A stretch of DNA of 54,209 nt. Source: a virus (lineage: Duplodnaviria; Caudoviricetes). Position numbers and translations under genes: made by a program. Under the pieces are notes generated by a model. That model was not told where the DNA came from and did no database searches. It worked only from the letters and a program-made list of their open reading frames with translations. Below are positions 1-8,327 of the stretch, piece by piece. Each line of letters opens with the position of its first letter. The stretch's first letter is position 1. Location: IMG/VR virus record IMGVR_UViG_3300037440_000524, positions 1-54,209 of that record; one strand, given 5' to 3'.

Positions 1-257
1 TGCCACGGCGATCGGATCGATCCGGCGACAGCCTCAGATCCCTGCCGAAGGTGCGACGGTCGCGGAACGGTGCCGAGATGATATACGCCGAATACGAGCG
101 CATCAACGCGGTCCGCTGGAGCTTCCTCAAGGCGATGCGGGTGTCGCCGAGGCAGTATCGGTACGAGCTCGACAAGGTCCGCCCTGACGCTGCGCACTAT
201 CGCGTGGGTCGTGCTGCTCATGCGTTTCTTCTAGAGCAGGAAACGTTCCTGGAGTTC
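1..257. repeat. Terminal direct repeat, left copy (circular overlap)
   Basis: Matches 53953-54209 except at 24-25 (GG vs AT) and 131 (G vs A). Confidence 0.95.
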
Positions 258-890
258 TACGTGTGCTACACCGGCGGGCAGCGCCGTGGCAAGACATGGG
301 AGTCGTTTCAGGAAGAGCACGCCGGCAAGTGCATCTTGAACGAGACGGAGTGGAAGATCGCCCTCGGCTCTGCTGCTGCGGTCCTGGATCACCCAGTCGC
401 GTCCCAGTACTTGGCTGTCGGTTTTCGTGAGGCAACAATCACATGGACCGACGGTGAGACTGGTCTTGCCTGCAAGGGGCGTGTTGATCACTGCGGGACT
501 CACCTTGTAGATGTCAAGACGACAGCGACCATCGAGCCTCGGATGTTCGCGAACGCCGTCGCACGGTACGGCTATCACGCGCAGCTAGCCTGGTATCTAG
601 ATGGGCTTCGCGCCAACGGGATCGAGGTGCATGACACTCCGATCCTGGTCGCCGTGCAGTCATCGCCGCCGCACGATGTTGTGACGTATCGCCTGCCGGA
701 TCACGTAGTGCAGGCCGGGCGCGACGAGTACCGCAAGCTCCTTGCCCGGGTCGCTGAGTGCGAGGCATCTGGCGACTGGCCCGGCATAGCCCCTGACGAA
801 TTGGAAATGGTGCTGCCCGAGTGGGGGTACCAAATTGACGACGAACCGCTGGCGCTCACAATTGGAGGCGCCCCGCTAGGAGGTCTGTGA
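78..890 (+). CDS. RecE/exonuclease VIII-like PD-(D/E)XK nuclease (DUF3799-like)
   Basis: GRAAHAFLLE, CKGRVD..LVDVKTT, YGYHAQLAWYLDG motifs; ATG at 78 coupled (ATGA) to the upstream small ORF across the circle junction. Confidence 0.85.
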   Translation: MIYAEYERINAVRWSFLKAMRVSPRQYRYELDKVRPDAAHYRVGRAAHAFLLEQETFLEFYVCYTGGQRRGKTWESFQEEHAGKCILNETEWKIALGSAAAVLDHPVASQYLAVGFREATITWTDGETGLACKGRVDHCGTHLVDVKTTATIEPRMFANAVARYGYHAQLAWYLDGLRANGIEVHDTPILVAVQSSPPHDVVTYRLPDHVVQAGRDEYRKLLARVAECEASGDWPGIAPDELEMVLPEWGYQIDDEPLALTIGGAPLGGL

Positions 891-1354
891 TGGACGCGAG
901 ACTTCTATTCCCGAAGCAGTACCTGTGCGCCGCGGACCTGAGAGGGCGCGATGTCACGTTAACGATTTCCCGGCTGGTGCAGGAAGACCTACGCACCGAC
1001 AAGGGGGACGAGGCGAAGTGGATCATCTACTTCGCGGAGATGGAGGAGCGGCATCGGCGCGACAGCAAGCAGATGATGAAAAAACTTGTTCTCAACGTCA
1101 CGAACGCCCGCTCGATCGCGAAGCTGCATGGGAACGAGACCGACGACTGGATCGGCAAGAAGATAACGCTGTTCCCCACAAAGACCGCCGCCTTCGGGGA
1201 ACAGGTTGATTGTCTGCGCATCCGGCCGACAGTGCCCAAAGGCACCAAGCGCCGAGCCCCGGAGCCGGAGCCGGAGCAACTCGCGCCCGATGACATCGGC
1301 TCAGACGACGACTCCGCGGACGTGACATCCCTTAGTAGCGGAGTGCCATTCTGA
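887..1354 (+). CDS. Conserved phage recombination-module protein (possible ssDNA-binding/annealing protein)
   Basis: FPKQYL.AADL, KKLVLNVTN, W.GKKITLF motifs; lies between the exonuclease and SSB; acidic tail ending in PF. Confidence 0.65.
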   Translation: MMDARLLFPKQYLCAADLRGRDVTLTISRLVQEDLRTDKGDEAKWIIYFAEMEERHRRDSKQMMKKLVLNVTNARSIAKLHGNETDDWIGKKITLFPTKTAAFGEQVDCLRIRPTVPKGTKRRAPEPEPEQLAPDDIGSDDDSADVTSLSSGVPF

Positions 1355-1740
1355 TGAGTTACCAGATCTGCATCATTCAGGGAAACCTAGGTCGTGATCC
1401 AGAGTCGCGGCAAACCACGGGCGGCACTGCAGTGACCGAGTTCAGCGTTGCTGTCAATGGGTACAGGAAGGACGATCCACCAGAGTGGTTTCGCGTCGTC
1501 TGCTTCGGCAAGACGGCAGAGTCATCGCAGAAACACTTGAGTAAGGGCCGCCCTGTGCTCGTGCAGGGGAAGCTGCGCACGCGCAAATGGGAGGGAAAGG
1601 ACGGCACGAAGAAGATGTCGGTCGAGCTGGTGGCGGACTCGGTACAGTTCCTCGGCGGCGGAAAGGGAGACCGGCAGGAGCAGGCGCCCGCGGACCTTCC
1701 GGGGTCGAGTCCGTTTGACGATTCGGATATACCCTTTTGA
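1354..1740 (+). CDS. ssb: Single-stranded DNA-binding protein
   Basis: GNLGRDPE, WFRVVCFGK, KGRPVLVQGKLRTRKW, C-terminal DDSDIPF. Confidence 0.97.
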   Translation: MSYQICIIQGNLGRDPESRQTTGGTAVTEFSVAVNGYRKDDPPEWFRVVCFGKTAESSQKHLSKGRPVLVQGKLRTRKWEGKDGTKKMSVELVADSVQFLGGGKGDRQEQAPADLPGSSPFDDSDIPF

Positions 1741-1958
1741 TCTCAGCCAAAACATGCTTTCGGTGCGGAGAGCTAAAGCCAGCAGAAGAGTTCTACCGAC
1801 ACTTAGGTATGTCGGATGGAAGGATCAACAGCGTGGCTGCGTCTGCCACTTGCGCGAGCGAATCCGCACCGCGCTGGAAAGAGCTGTTCGATGCTCTACG
1901 AATCGAGACGACCAGATACGGGCGTGCTCGGCCCGGGCGGGGGAGGGGGCGTGACTAG
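1737..1958 (+). pseudogene. Truncated/chimeric endonuclease N-terminal Zn-ribbon fragment
   Basis: KTCFRCGELKPAEEFYRH.GMSDGRIN resembles the N-terminus of phage HNH/EndoVII proteins, but the second Cys pair and nuclease domain are absent. Confidence 0.5.
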
Positions 1959-1961
1959 GCT

Positions 1962-2249
1962 GTGACCCGTCGAGATCGAGAGCTCGCCGCTGACATCGAG
2001 GACCGGATTGTGCGTAGACTCGTCCGACACGGGATCTTGCCGCGTCGCGCATTGGAGGATCTATGCGACGAGGCAACAACACAAGAGGACGAGTCTATGG
2101 ACCATACGAAGAACCCCGCGGCGGATGGCGAGTCATCGTCGTCGATGCCACGGGGCAGCGTACTAGTACGACGTTTGCGCGAGAAAGAGAAGCGTGGGCG
2201 GAGAAACTCGCCGCAGATCGAGAGCTCCAGGCGGAGACGGTCACCGTGA
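1962..2249 (+). CDS. Hypothetical protein overlapping integrase 5' end (excisionase position)
   Basis: GTG start after a G-rich stretch; position only. Confidence 0.35.
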   Translation: MTRRDRELAADIEDRIVRRLVRHGILPRRALEDLCDEATTQEDESMDHTKNPAADGESSSSMPRGSVLVRRLREKEKRGRRNSPQIESSRRRRSP

Positions 2250-3079
2250 GCCGCGCGTTCGAGCTCTATGGCGAGTACCAGGTCGCGAAGGGCAACAAGC
2301 CTCGCAGCATCTCCACGACCATGGATCGGTTGCGCAGCATGTTCACCGATCCCGATGAGTACATCGTCGATCTCAGCAAGCAGCGGTGCCAGCGCCTATA
2401 CGACAACCTGGCGGGGCGCGTGGCCGTTGACACGCACAGGAACACGCTCAACCAGGCGCGCACGTTCCTACGATGGGCTGAGAAGCGTGGCTTCATCAAG
2501 GCGAACCAGCTGCTCCATGTGGACGGCATCGGTAGGCGACGGCGAGGGAAGCCTCAGCTTCGCATCGACGAGGCGCGACAGTTTCTGGCAGTGGCCACGG
2601 CCCTGGCTCGGACCGGTGACAGAGGAGCGCTCGGGTCGATGATGGCTCTGTTGATGGGGATGAGGGCGAGCGAGATCCTTCGCCTTCAGTCCCGTGATGT
2701 GGACGACGCCGGGCGGGTGGTCTGGATCGATGACGCCAAGACGGAGGCGGGTCGTAGGACGCTCTACGTTTCGCCGGAGCTAACGGATCTGCTCATGGAT
2801 GCGGCCCGCGACGGGGGCGCCCTGTTCCCGACCACGGAACACCAGTGGCTGAACCGGCAGGTGGAGAAGCTCTGCTCCATCGCTGGGGTCCCTCGAGTGT
2901 GCAGCCACGGTCTCCGCGGGACCCACGCCACCCTGGGCACCGAGTTTGGCTCGAGCTCCCTGGTGGTCAGCCAGGCCCTCGGACACGCCAACGAGGGCAT
3001 CACCCGGGCGCACTACACTCTCCCCGAGGCAACGTCCGTCGCCCTCCAGCGGCGGGTCACTCTCAGGCTCAAGGAGTAG
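2063..3079 (+). CDS. int: Tyrosine recombinase / phage integrase
   Basis: GMRASE (R), AKT (K), HGLR, LGH, HY catalytic residues; N-terminal arm-binding-like region. Confidence 0.95.
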   Translation: MRRGNNTRGRVYGPYEEPRGGWRVIVVDATGQRTSTTFAREREAWAEKLAADRELQAETVTVSRAFELYGEYQVAKGNKPRSISTTMDRLRSMFTDPDEYIVDLSKQRCQRLYDNLAGRVAVDTHRNTLNQARTFLRWAEKRGFIKANQLLHVDGIGRRRRGKPQLRIDEARQFLAVATALARTGDRGALGSMMALLMGMRASEILRLQSRDVDDAGRVVWIDDAKTEAGRRTLYVSPELTDLLMDAARDGGALFPTTEHQWLNRQVEKLCSIAGVPRVCSHGLRGTHATLGTEFGSSSLVVSQALGHANEGITRAHYTLPEATSVALQRRVTLRLKE

Positions 3080-3081
3080 CT

Positions 3082-3408
3082 ATGGACCAACGAGGGGCAA
3101 GGAATCGCAACTGGAAGGGCGGGGTCTCAGCAGAGGCGTACCGCTACACCAAGCGGTTCAGGGTGAAGTACCCCGAGAAGGCTCGAGCGCACGACAAGGT
3201 GCGCCGGGCCATCGAGGCGGGCCTTCTGGTGAGGATGCCGTGCGAGGCCTGTGGGGCCGAGCGCGCCCACGCTCATCATGAGGATTACTCGGCGCCCCTC
3301 GATGTCCGATGGATCTGTCAGAAGTGCCACAGCGGAGTACATGCAGGTTCGCTCCGGGTGGAGTCGCCTCGCACCCCCTTCGAATGGCGGGGGAGGGTGC
3401 GTAAGTGA
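3082..3408 (+). CDS. HNH-type endonuclease
   Basis: NRNWKGG, PCEACG..AHAHHEDYSAPLDVRWICQKCH; SD AAGGAG upstream. Confidence 0.8.
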   Translation: MDQRGARNRNWKGGVSAEAYRYTKRFRVKYPEKARAHDKVRRAIEAGLLVRMPCEACGAERAHAHHEDYSAPLDVRWICQKCHSGVHAGSLRVESPRTPFEWRGRVRK

Positions 3409-3418
3409 CCCCATCGAA

Positions 3419-3596
3419 CCTTTCCGCAGCCTTTCCGCAGAGAGATTCGATGGGGGCTAAGTTGTCGGGGCGACAAGATTTGAACTTGCGACCCCCAGAC
3501 CCCCAGTCCAAGGGGGCCGAGCAATATCCGACATGTAGTCAACGTATTTTTCCGCGGCCCGGCAAGATCCCGTCTTCGTTGGTGGTACTGCGGAAA
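3419..3596. promoter_or_regulatory. Putative integrase arm-type sites flanking the attP core
   Basis: CCTTTCCGCAG tandem at 3419-3440; TTTCCGCGG at 3549-3557; inverted CTGCGGAAA at 3588-3596. Confidence 0.65.
3464..3508 (-). other. attP core: 3' half of tRNA-Pro(GGG)
   Basis: Reverse complement GACTGGGGGTCTGGGGGTCGCAAGTTCAAATCTTGTCGCCCCGAC contains the anticodon loop, T arm and 3' acceptor strand; no 5' half; lies downstream of the integrase. Confidence 0.88.
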
Positions 3597-3628
3597 ACTG
3601 TCTCCCCCACCCCCGAGCAGGTGAGCCG

Positions 3629-3865
3629 ATGAGCGCCCGCGAGACCGTCCCCGGCGATCGCCGCTGGGTCCGCACCGCTGAGCGACGGCCACCGAGCGGC
3701 TGGGAGGGCGTGGTCATGCGCTCGGACGGCCACGAGACCAGGCTGGTCTACGAGCGGCCTCTGTGGTGGCTGCCGGACCGGTCCATGTACGTCTACTACC
3801 AGCCGGTCATGTGGGCGGAGGAGGAGTCACCGGCCCGCCCGAAGTCGAGGGAGGGGTCGCGATGA
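3629..3865 (+). CDS. Hypothetical protein
   Basis: SD-like AGGTG; coupled to the next ORF by ATGA. Confidence 0.6.
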   Translation: MSARETVPGDRRWVRTAERRPPSGWEGVVMRSDGHETRLVYERPLWWLPDRSMYVYYQPVMWAEEESPARPKSREGSR

Positions 3866-4041
3866 GCCGGGCATTGGCGAAAGCGCTTGCACGTGAGGCC
3901 GCGTCCGCGTTGCTCACGGGGCTGGCGACCAAGGTTGGGGAGAACTTGGCGACCTGGATCCTGCGGCCAAGAGCTGACGTATCCGAGCAGGCAAGCCCAG
4001 AGACCCGATGCGAGTCCGAGGACAAGCAGGTGACCCGATGA
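3862..4041 (+). CDS. Hypothetical protein
   Basis: ATGA-coupled on both sides; start MSRALAKA. Confidence 0.55.
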   Translation: MSRALAKALAREAASALLTGLATKVGENLATWILRPRADVSEQASPETRCESEDKQVTR

Positions 4042-4370
4042 GCCGCTCCGACTCTACTCCGACTCTACTCCCACCATCCTCCGACTGGCCGGACTGGTAC
4101 ACCCCGAGCTCGGCCAGGAGGGCGGCCAATCTGCGGGTGCTGCGTGGACTGCACCCGTTCGGGTTCGCACTCGGCCCTGAGGGCTCTACCTGCGGCACGT
4201 GTGAGCACCTCTACAGGCGCCAGTACGCGAGCGTGTACTGGAAGTGCCGTCTCGCCATGCGCGCCGGGGGCGGCACCGGGGGCCCGTCCACAGACGTGGT
4301 CAAGCGCTGGCGCGGATGTGACCGCTGGGAGACCAGCTGCGAGTCCGAAGCCAAGAAGGTGGCTCGATGA
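4038..4370 (+). CDS. Hypothetical Cys-containing protein
   Basis: GLHPFG..CGTCEH..YWKC..GCDRW; ATGA-coupled. Confidence 0.65.
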   Translation: MSRSDSTPTLLPPSSDWPDWYTPSSARRAANLRVLRGLHPFGFALGPEGSTCGTCEHLYRRQYASVYWKCRLAMRAGGGTGGPSTDVVKRWRGCDRWETSCESEAKKVAR

Positions 4371-4597
4371 GCTCCCACGTCACCTGCTGCAGCGAGGTCG
4401 AGCCAGGCGTCACGGTTTGCCGCGGCCCGGCCACGCGCAAGGTCTACACCGACACGTACCGGAGCGCCGCGTGGTGCCAACGGTGCCGACGCCGGCGGGT
4501 TCATCGGCTGGTCTGGACCGAGACCGTAGAGCCCAGCTACTACGAGCCGCACCCGAAGTGGGAGTGCCCCTGCGCTCGCATCACCTGGAGCGACTAA
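4367..4597 (+). CDS. Hypothetical Cys-rich protein
   Basis: CQRC, CPC; ATGA-coupled. Confidence 0.55.
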   Translation: MSSHVTCCSEVEPGVTVCRGPATRKVYTDTYRSAAWCQRCRRRRVHRLVWTETVEPSYYEPHPKWECPCARITWSD

Positions 4598-4697
4598 TGA
4601 CCACCACCGACACGTCCACGATGCCATGCGGTTGCCGTTGTCACTACTGGGTAATGCGCGGGGTGCCGAGGAGCGCTGGAAACACGAGGAGGAACCT

Positions 4698-4916
4698 GTG
4701 AAACTACCCATCACCGATGAGCTACAATATCTGCTCGGGAAGGCACTAGACGTCATCTGTCTCCCCGGCCACGCGCTATCCAACGAGGAGTGGGAGCGTG
4801 CCCTGATTTTGTCCGGGCGTTATTGCGAGCCGTATCTCTCTCACCGCGAGCGAGTCGCTGAAGCTGAACGCCTGCGGGCCCACTGGTTCGCCGCCATCGC
4901 GGCGAGGAAGAAGTAA
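4698..4916 (+). CDS. Hypothetical protein
   Basis: Strong SD GAGGAGG before the GTG at 4698. Confidence 0.55.
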   Translation: MKLPITDELQYLLGKALDVICLPGHALSNEEWERALILSGRYCEPYLSHRERVAEAERLRAHWFAAIAARKK

Positions 4917-4918
4917 TA

Positions 4919-5137
4919 ATGAAACGAATATACGTGAAGAACATCCACGACATTAATCGCGAGCTTGATCGCATTCGCCAGCTGTTGGAGCGACACGACA
5001 CGTCACTCGACGAACGCATCTTACTACAGGGTGCTCAGCAGGCGCTGTGCTGGGCTCTCGGCCAGAATGCGCGAGCGCCTAGCGGCTGCGTGACCGCACC
5101 GACAAGGCGCGGCGCAAGGCGGGTTACGGAGGAGTAA
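4919..5137 (+). CDS. Hypothetical protein
   Basis: Fills the gap in the + strand operon. Confidence 0.55.
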   Translation: MKRIYVKNIHDINRELDRIRQLLERHDTSLDERILLQGAQQALCWALGQNARAPSGCVTAPTRRGARRVTEE

Positions 5138-5141
5138 CAGC

Positions 5142-5879
5142 ATGGCCCTATCCAAAGCAGCCCTCGAAGCCGCCAAGTTTTACAACGCCAAGCAGATCCG
5201 CCCATCTGAGCCCGAGCTCGCTCTACTGGTCGAGGCCTGGCAGGCATCGCACGGGCTCACTCGAGACGGCAAATTCGGTCCGCGTACCCTCGAGTATGTC
5301 GCCTCTGTCGTGCGCGCGATCCAGTATGGCGCCGCGGTGGAGCCATCTTCCAGTGACGTTCCAGTTCATCCAAAACTGGAAGTTCCGACCACTGCTCTGT
5401 CGCTGCCCGAGATGGCGCTCGTGGTCGCAAACGAGGAGCTCGGCAACGGCGAGGGGGGCACGAACAACATGGGCCCGCACGTGCGCCGCTACTGCGGCCG
5501 CGAGGGGGTGTCGTGGTGCGCGGGCTTCGCCGGTTACTGCTACGAGCAGGCGGCGCTGAGGCTCGGCGTTGCTCTGCCGTTTTCGAGATCGCTCGGCGCC
5601 AAAAAGCTCGTGCGCAATGTCGCCGCAGTGCGCCCCGGCCCGCACTACGCCGGCGTCCGTCGCGAGAGCTACCTCAGTGCGCGTCCCGGTGACCTGATCG
5701 CGTGGCATCGCGGAAAGGCCGGCTCCTGGCAGGGCCACGTCGAGCTCGTGGAGAGACTCGACGGCGGTATCGTTCACACGATCGGTGGCAACGTTGGCCC
5801 GTACCCCGCCCGGGTCCGGCGCCTGGCCCACGACCCGACGCACGAGCGGATCTACATCGTGGCTGGATTATCAAGATAA
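5142..5879 (+). CDS. Endolysin: peptidoglycan-binding domain plus CHAP/NlpC-P60-like domain
   Basis: WQASHGLTRDGKFGPRT (PG-binding); SWCAGF, GHVELV, GGN (Cys-His-Asn). Confidence 0.85.
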   Translation: MALSKAALEAAKFYNAKQIRPSEPELALLVEAWQASHGLTRDGKFGPRTLEYVASVVRAIQYGAAVEPSSSDVPVHPKLEVPTTALSLPEMALVVANEELGNGEGGTNNMGPHVRRYCGREGVSWCAGFAGYCYEQAALRLGVALPFSRSLGAKKLVRNVAAVRPGPHYAGVRRESYLSARPGDLIAWHRGKAGSWQGHVELVERLDGGIVHTIGGNVGPYPARVRRLAHDPTHERIYIVAGLSR

Positions 5880-5908
5880 TCGAGTACTTACATTTTTCTC
5901 GTTCCGTC

Positions 5909-5960
5909 TGTCGATTTTTCGACAAATGACATTGCGCCGTCACCAGAAAAGGCGCATAGT
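5909..5960 (+). promoter_or_regulatory. Putative sigma70 promoter with palindromes
   Basis: AT-rich gap; TTGCGC-17-CATAGT (5932-5960); inverted repeats TGTCGA-N4-TCGACA and TGCGCC...GGCGCA. Confidence 0.5.
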
Positions 5961-6008
5961 CTCTATATCAGGGCAGCACGACGCGGCCCGCAGATAGGAG
6001 CAGAGACG

Positions 6009-6239
6009 ATGACCCGTACAATCACCGAAGCCGAGTTCACCGCCGCCCAGGACGCAATTGACGAGCTCGCCGTAGCTACTCGCCGCGGACGCAAGGGTTC
6101 AGAGGAAGAGCTCGCCCGGTTCCGACGCGTGTACGACGGCTGGGAGGCACTTATGGCTACCCCGGATCGGCGTGCCGACGAGCGCCAGGTTCGCGCCGCG
6201 GCCCTGTACGACTTCGCCGCGAAGGAAGGTCTCCTGTGA
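6009..6239 (+). CDS. Hypothetical protein
   Basis: SD AGGAG; first gene after the putative promoter. Confidence 0.65.
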   Translation: MTRTITEAEFTAAQDAIDELAVATRRGRKGSEEELARFRRVYDGWEALMATPDRRADERQVRAAALYDFAAKEGLL

Positions 6240-6517
6240 CCCGCGAACCCGTAACCACCTCAGGCTGGTACCGCCACACAGCCACCACAAGTCGCTACTA
6301 CGGCTGGCAGAACGGACGGCTCGTGGAGGGAGTTACCGTCTGCACCAGCGACCGCGATCGCTACGAGGTGGCGCAGCTCTCCACAGCTGGCGGGCAGGTG
6401 CCGTACCCGACGAAGGAGGGATCCCTTCGCGCAGACCAGGCGACGGCCGAAATCGCCGAGATCCTCCGGCGTGGCCGTGACAGGGCCGCAGCCGAGGCGG
6501 CGGAGGAGGTGCGCTGA
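6236..6517 (+). CDS. Hypothetical protein
   Basis: GTGA-coupled. Confidence 0.6.
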   Translation: MTREPVTTSGWYRHTATTSRYYGWQNGRLVEGVTVCTSDRDRYEVAQLSTAGGQVPYPTKEGSLRADQATAEIAEILRRGRDRAAAEAAEEVR

Positions 6518-6753
6518 TGACCAGCAACAAGTACACCTCGCGCAAGAACAGGCGCGGACAGATCGACATTATCCGCACTGTCGAGGCGCACCTTACGCAC
6601 GTCCGGGTCACCTGGTACCCGGGATGGGGGCTCACTAACTCTGGGGTGTGCGCTATCCTGCCGGGCGAGACCGCCCAGCAGTCCGCTGACCGCGCGTTCC
6701 CGGAGTCCCGGTCCGACAAGAAGCGCATCCTATTCGACCCGGAGTGGATCTGA
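6517..6753 (+). CDS. Hypothetical protein
   Basis: SD GGAGG; TGATG-coupled. Confidence 0.6.
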   Translation: MTSNKYTSRKNRRGQIDIIRTVEAHLTHVRVTWYPGWGLTNSGVCAILPGETAQQSADRAFPESRSDKKRILFDPEWI

Positions 6754-7016
6754 TGACCATCTGGCTACGTCGAAGTAACGGACGCTATGCCATCTGCGTG
6801 GAGCAAGACACCGACCAGTATCGCCGAATCCGCGTCGTGCGGCGATTCCCCGACAGCACGTGGACGGCACTCGAGCCGCCGCCGCGAGGATGGACCCTGG
6901 AAGAGGCGATTCATATCGCTCGACAAGAAATACCCGAGCACGAAGTCCCCCCCGGCGGGTGGCGCGTAGAGCCGTACCGCCGCGAGTCCGACGGCGCTAT
7001 CGTGGTAGGACCATGA
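6753..7016 (+). CDS. Hypothetical protein
   Basis: TGATG-coupled. Confidence 0.55.
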   Translation: MTIWLRRSNGRYAICVEQDTDQYRRIRVVRRFPDSTWTALEPPPRGWTLEEAIHIARQEIPEHEVPPGGWRVEPYRRESDGAIVVGP

Positions 7017-7270
7017 CCACCCCCCGCATCCCGTCGCCCGAGTGGCTCGAGCCTGACGAGTGGGTGGTCGAACTGCACCCGAACGGCGCGATCGTCTACC
7101 TGCCCGACGATGCGCCCGAGTGGCGCTACGAGGCGATCACCCGTCCCGGCCTTGCGTTTGAGATCAGCGAGCGGCACACGCACCTGTGCACGACGCTGCG
7201 CGAGGCTCGTGCAATCCTGCGCGAGGCCGAGGGCTGCCCGGCCCCGTGCGACGGGTGTGGGTCCGTATGA
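7013..7270 (+). CDS. Hypothetical protein
   Basis: ATGA-coupled; start MTTPRIP. Confidence 0.55.
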   Translation: MTTPRIPSPEWLEPDEWVVELHPNGAIVYLPDDAPEWRYEAITRPGLAFEISERHTHLCTTLREARAILREAEGCPAPCDGCGSV

Positions 7271-7578
7271 CCGCCCCCTGCAAGCGCGGCCGGGGCCGCC
7301 CGCGTACCCGCGCCCGCTGCGGTGAGGTCGATCCGATCGACGCCGACCACGTCTGTGACCTGGCTGAGCACCACAGCGGCAGACACATCGCCGCGGACGG
7401 GTCGGACTGGGAGCCTGAGCGGCTCGGCGGGCCGCCACGCGAACGCTACATCTACGTCCGCGTCACCGAGGAGGAGCAGGAGCGCTGGCGCCGCGTGGCC
7501 GACGAGCTCGAGACCTCGGTCGCCGAGACGGTGCGATCGCAGCTGGATCGACTGGAGCGTGAGACGGGGGTAGGTTAG
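7267..7578 (+). CDS. Ribbon-helix-helix DNA-binding protein with AT-hook-like N-terminus
   Basis: KRGRGRP; RERYIYVRVTEEEQERWRRVADELETSVAETVRSQL. Confidence 0.7.
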   Translation: MTAPCKRGRGRPRTRARCGEVDPIDADHVCDLAEHHSGRHIAADGSDWEPERLGGPPRERYIYVRVTEEEQERWRRVADELETSVAETVRSQLDRLERETGVG

Positions 7579-7581
7579 GCC

Positions 7582-7845
7582 ATGCACCACAGATACGAGT
7601 GGCAGGCCAGACTCGCTGGCATGGAGGGAACTCCGGCGGCCATTGAGGCACATGCCCGTGAGATTTGCCTCGCAGTCAGATCGGTTGACGTCGAGACGAT
7701 CGCCCTCGGGCAGTGCCGTATCACGGTCCACCTGAAATGGTGGGCCTGGCTCAGCTTTGGAGTCGTGACCAGGATCAACCGGAATCGTATGCGGTCCACG
7801 GATGGGGCCTGGCTGGCGGCTGGGGTAACGGCAATTATTCGCTAA
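7582..7845 (+). CDS. Hypothetical protein
   Basis: Last + strand ORF before the convergence point. Confidence 0.45.
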   Translation: MHHRYEWQARLAGMEGTPAAIEAHAREICLAVRSVDVETIALGQCRITVHLKWWAWLSFGVVTRINRNRMRSTDGAWLAAGVTAIIR

Positions 7846-8036
7846 GCCGCCGCCCCCGATCCTATCCAATCCTCCACGCTTAGTTCGCACTCGCACGCTC
7901 CGCCGCCCTCAGCTGGGCAGCCGTCTCGGTGGAGTACGATCTGTCCCGCCAATATGTGCCTCCACGCAGCCGCCTCGTCCTCGTCGATCACCTCGACTGT
8001 CCTAGGCGGTGGCGGCACGCGATACGGCTCGCTCAC
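7842..8036 (-). CDS. Hypothetical protein
   Basis: Coupled to the upstream ORF; H.DGCP...CEC motif. Confidence 0.5.
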   Translation of the reverse strand: MSEPYRVPPPPRTVEVIDEDEAAAWRHILAGQIVLHRDGCPAEGGGACECELSVEDWIGSGAAA

Positions 8037-8320
8037 GTCCGAGTCCAGTACATCGCGACGGCGAGTAGGATCGCGGCGCCGAACCCGGTAGCTGACCAGA
8101 TGACGAGTCGGCGCAGACCGGAGACGGACGTCGCCAGCACCCTGGACGACTCGCGCATCTCAGCTGCGACCTCGGCGAACCGGTCCACGGATCCGGTCAT
8201 GCGCCGGATCTCGGCCATCACCGCGCGCATCGTCACGCGATCGCGGATCCCGGGATCGGTCTCTTCTTCGTCCGCAGTTACCTGTAGGACGCTGCCGTTG
8301 CCGCTGTGGTGGCTCGCCAT
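8033..8320 (-). CDS. Hypothetical membrane protein (coiled coil plus C-terminal TM)
   Basis: Hydrophobic C-terminus; SD AGGAG. Confidence 0.6.
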   Translation of the reverse strand: MASHHSGNGSVLQVTADEEETDPGIRDRVTMRAVMAEIRRMTGSVDRFAEVAAEMRESSRVLATSVSGLRRLVIWSATGFGAAILLAVAMYWTRT

Positions 8321-8327
8321 GGGACTT

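Noticed and set aside
3464-3520. Complete tRNA-Pro gene
   Set aside because: The 5' acceptor strand and D arm are missing and the anticodon stem is poorly paired; better explained as attP
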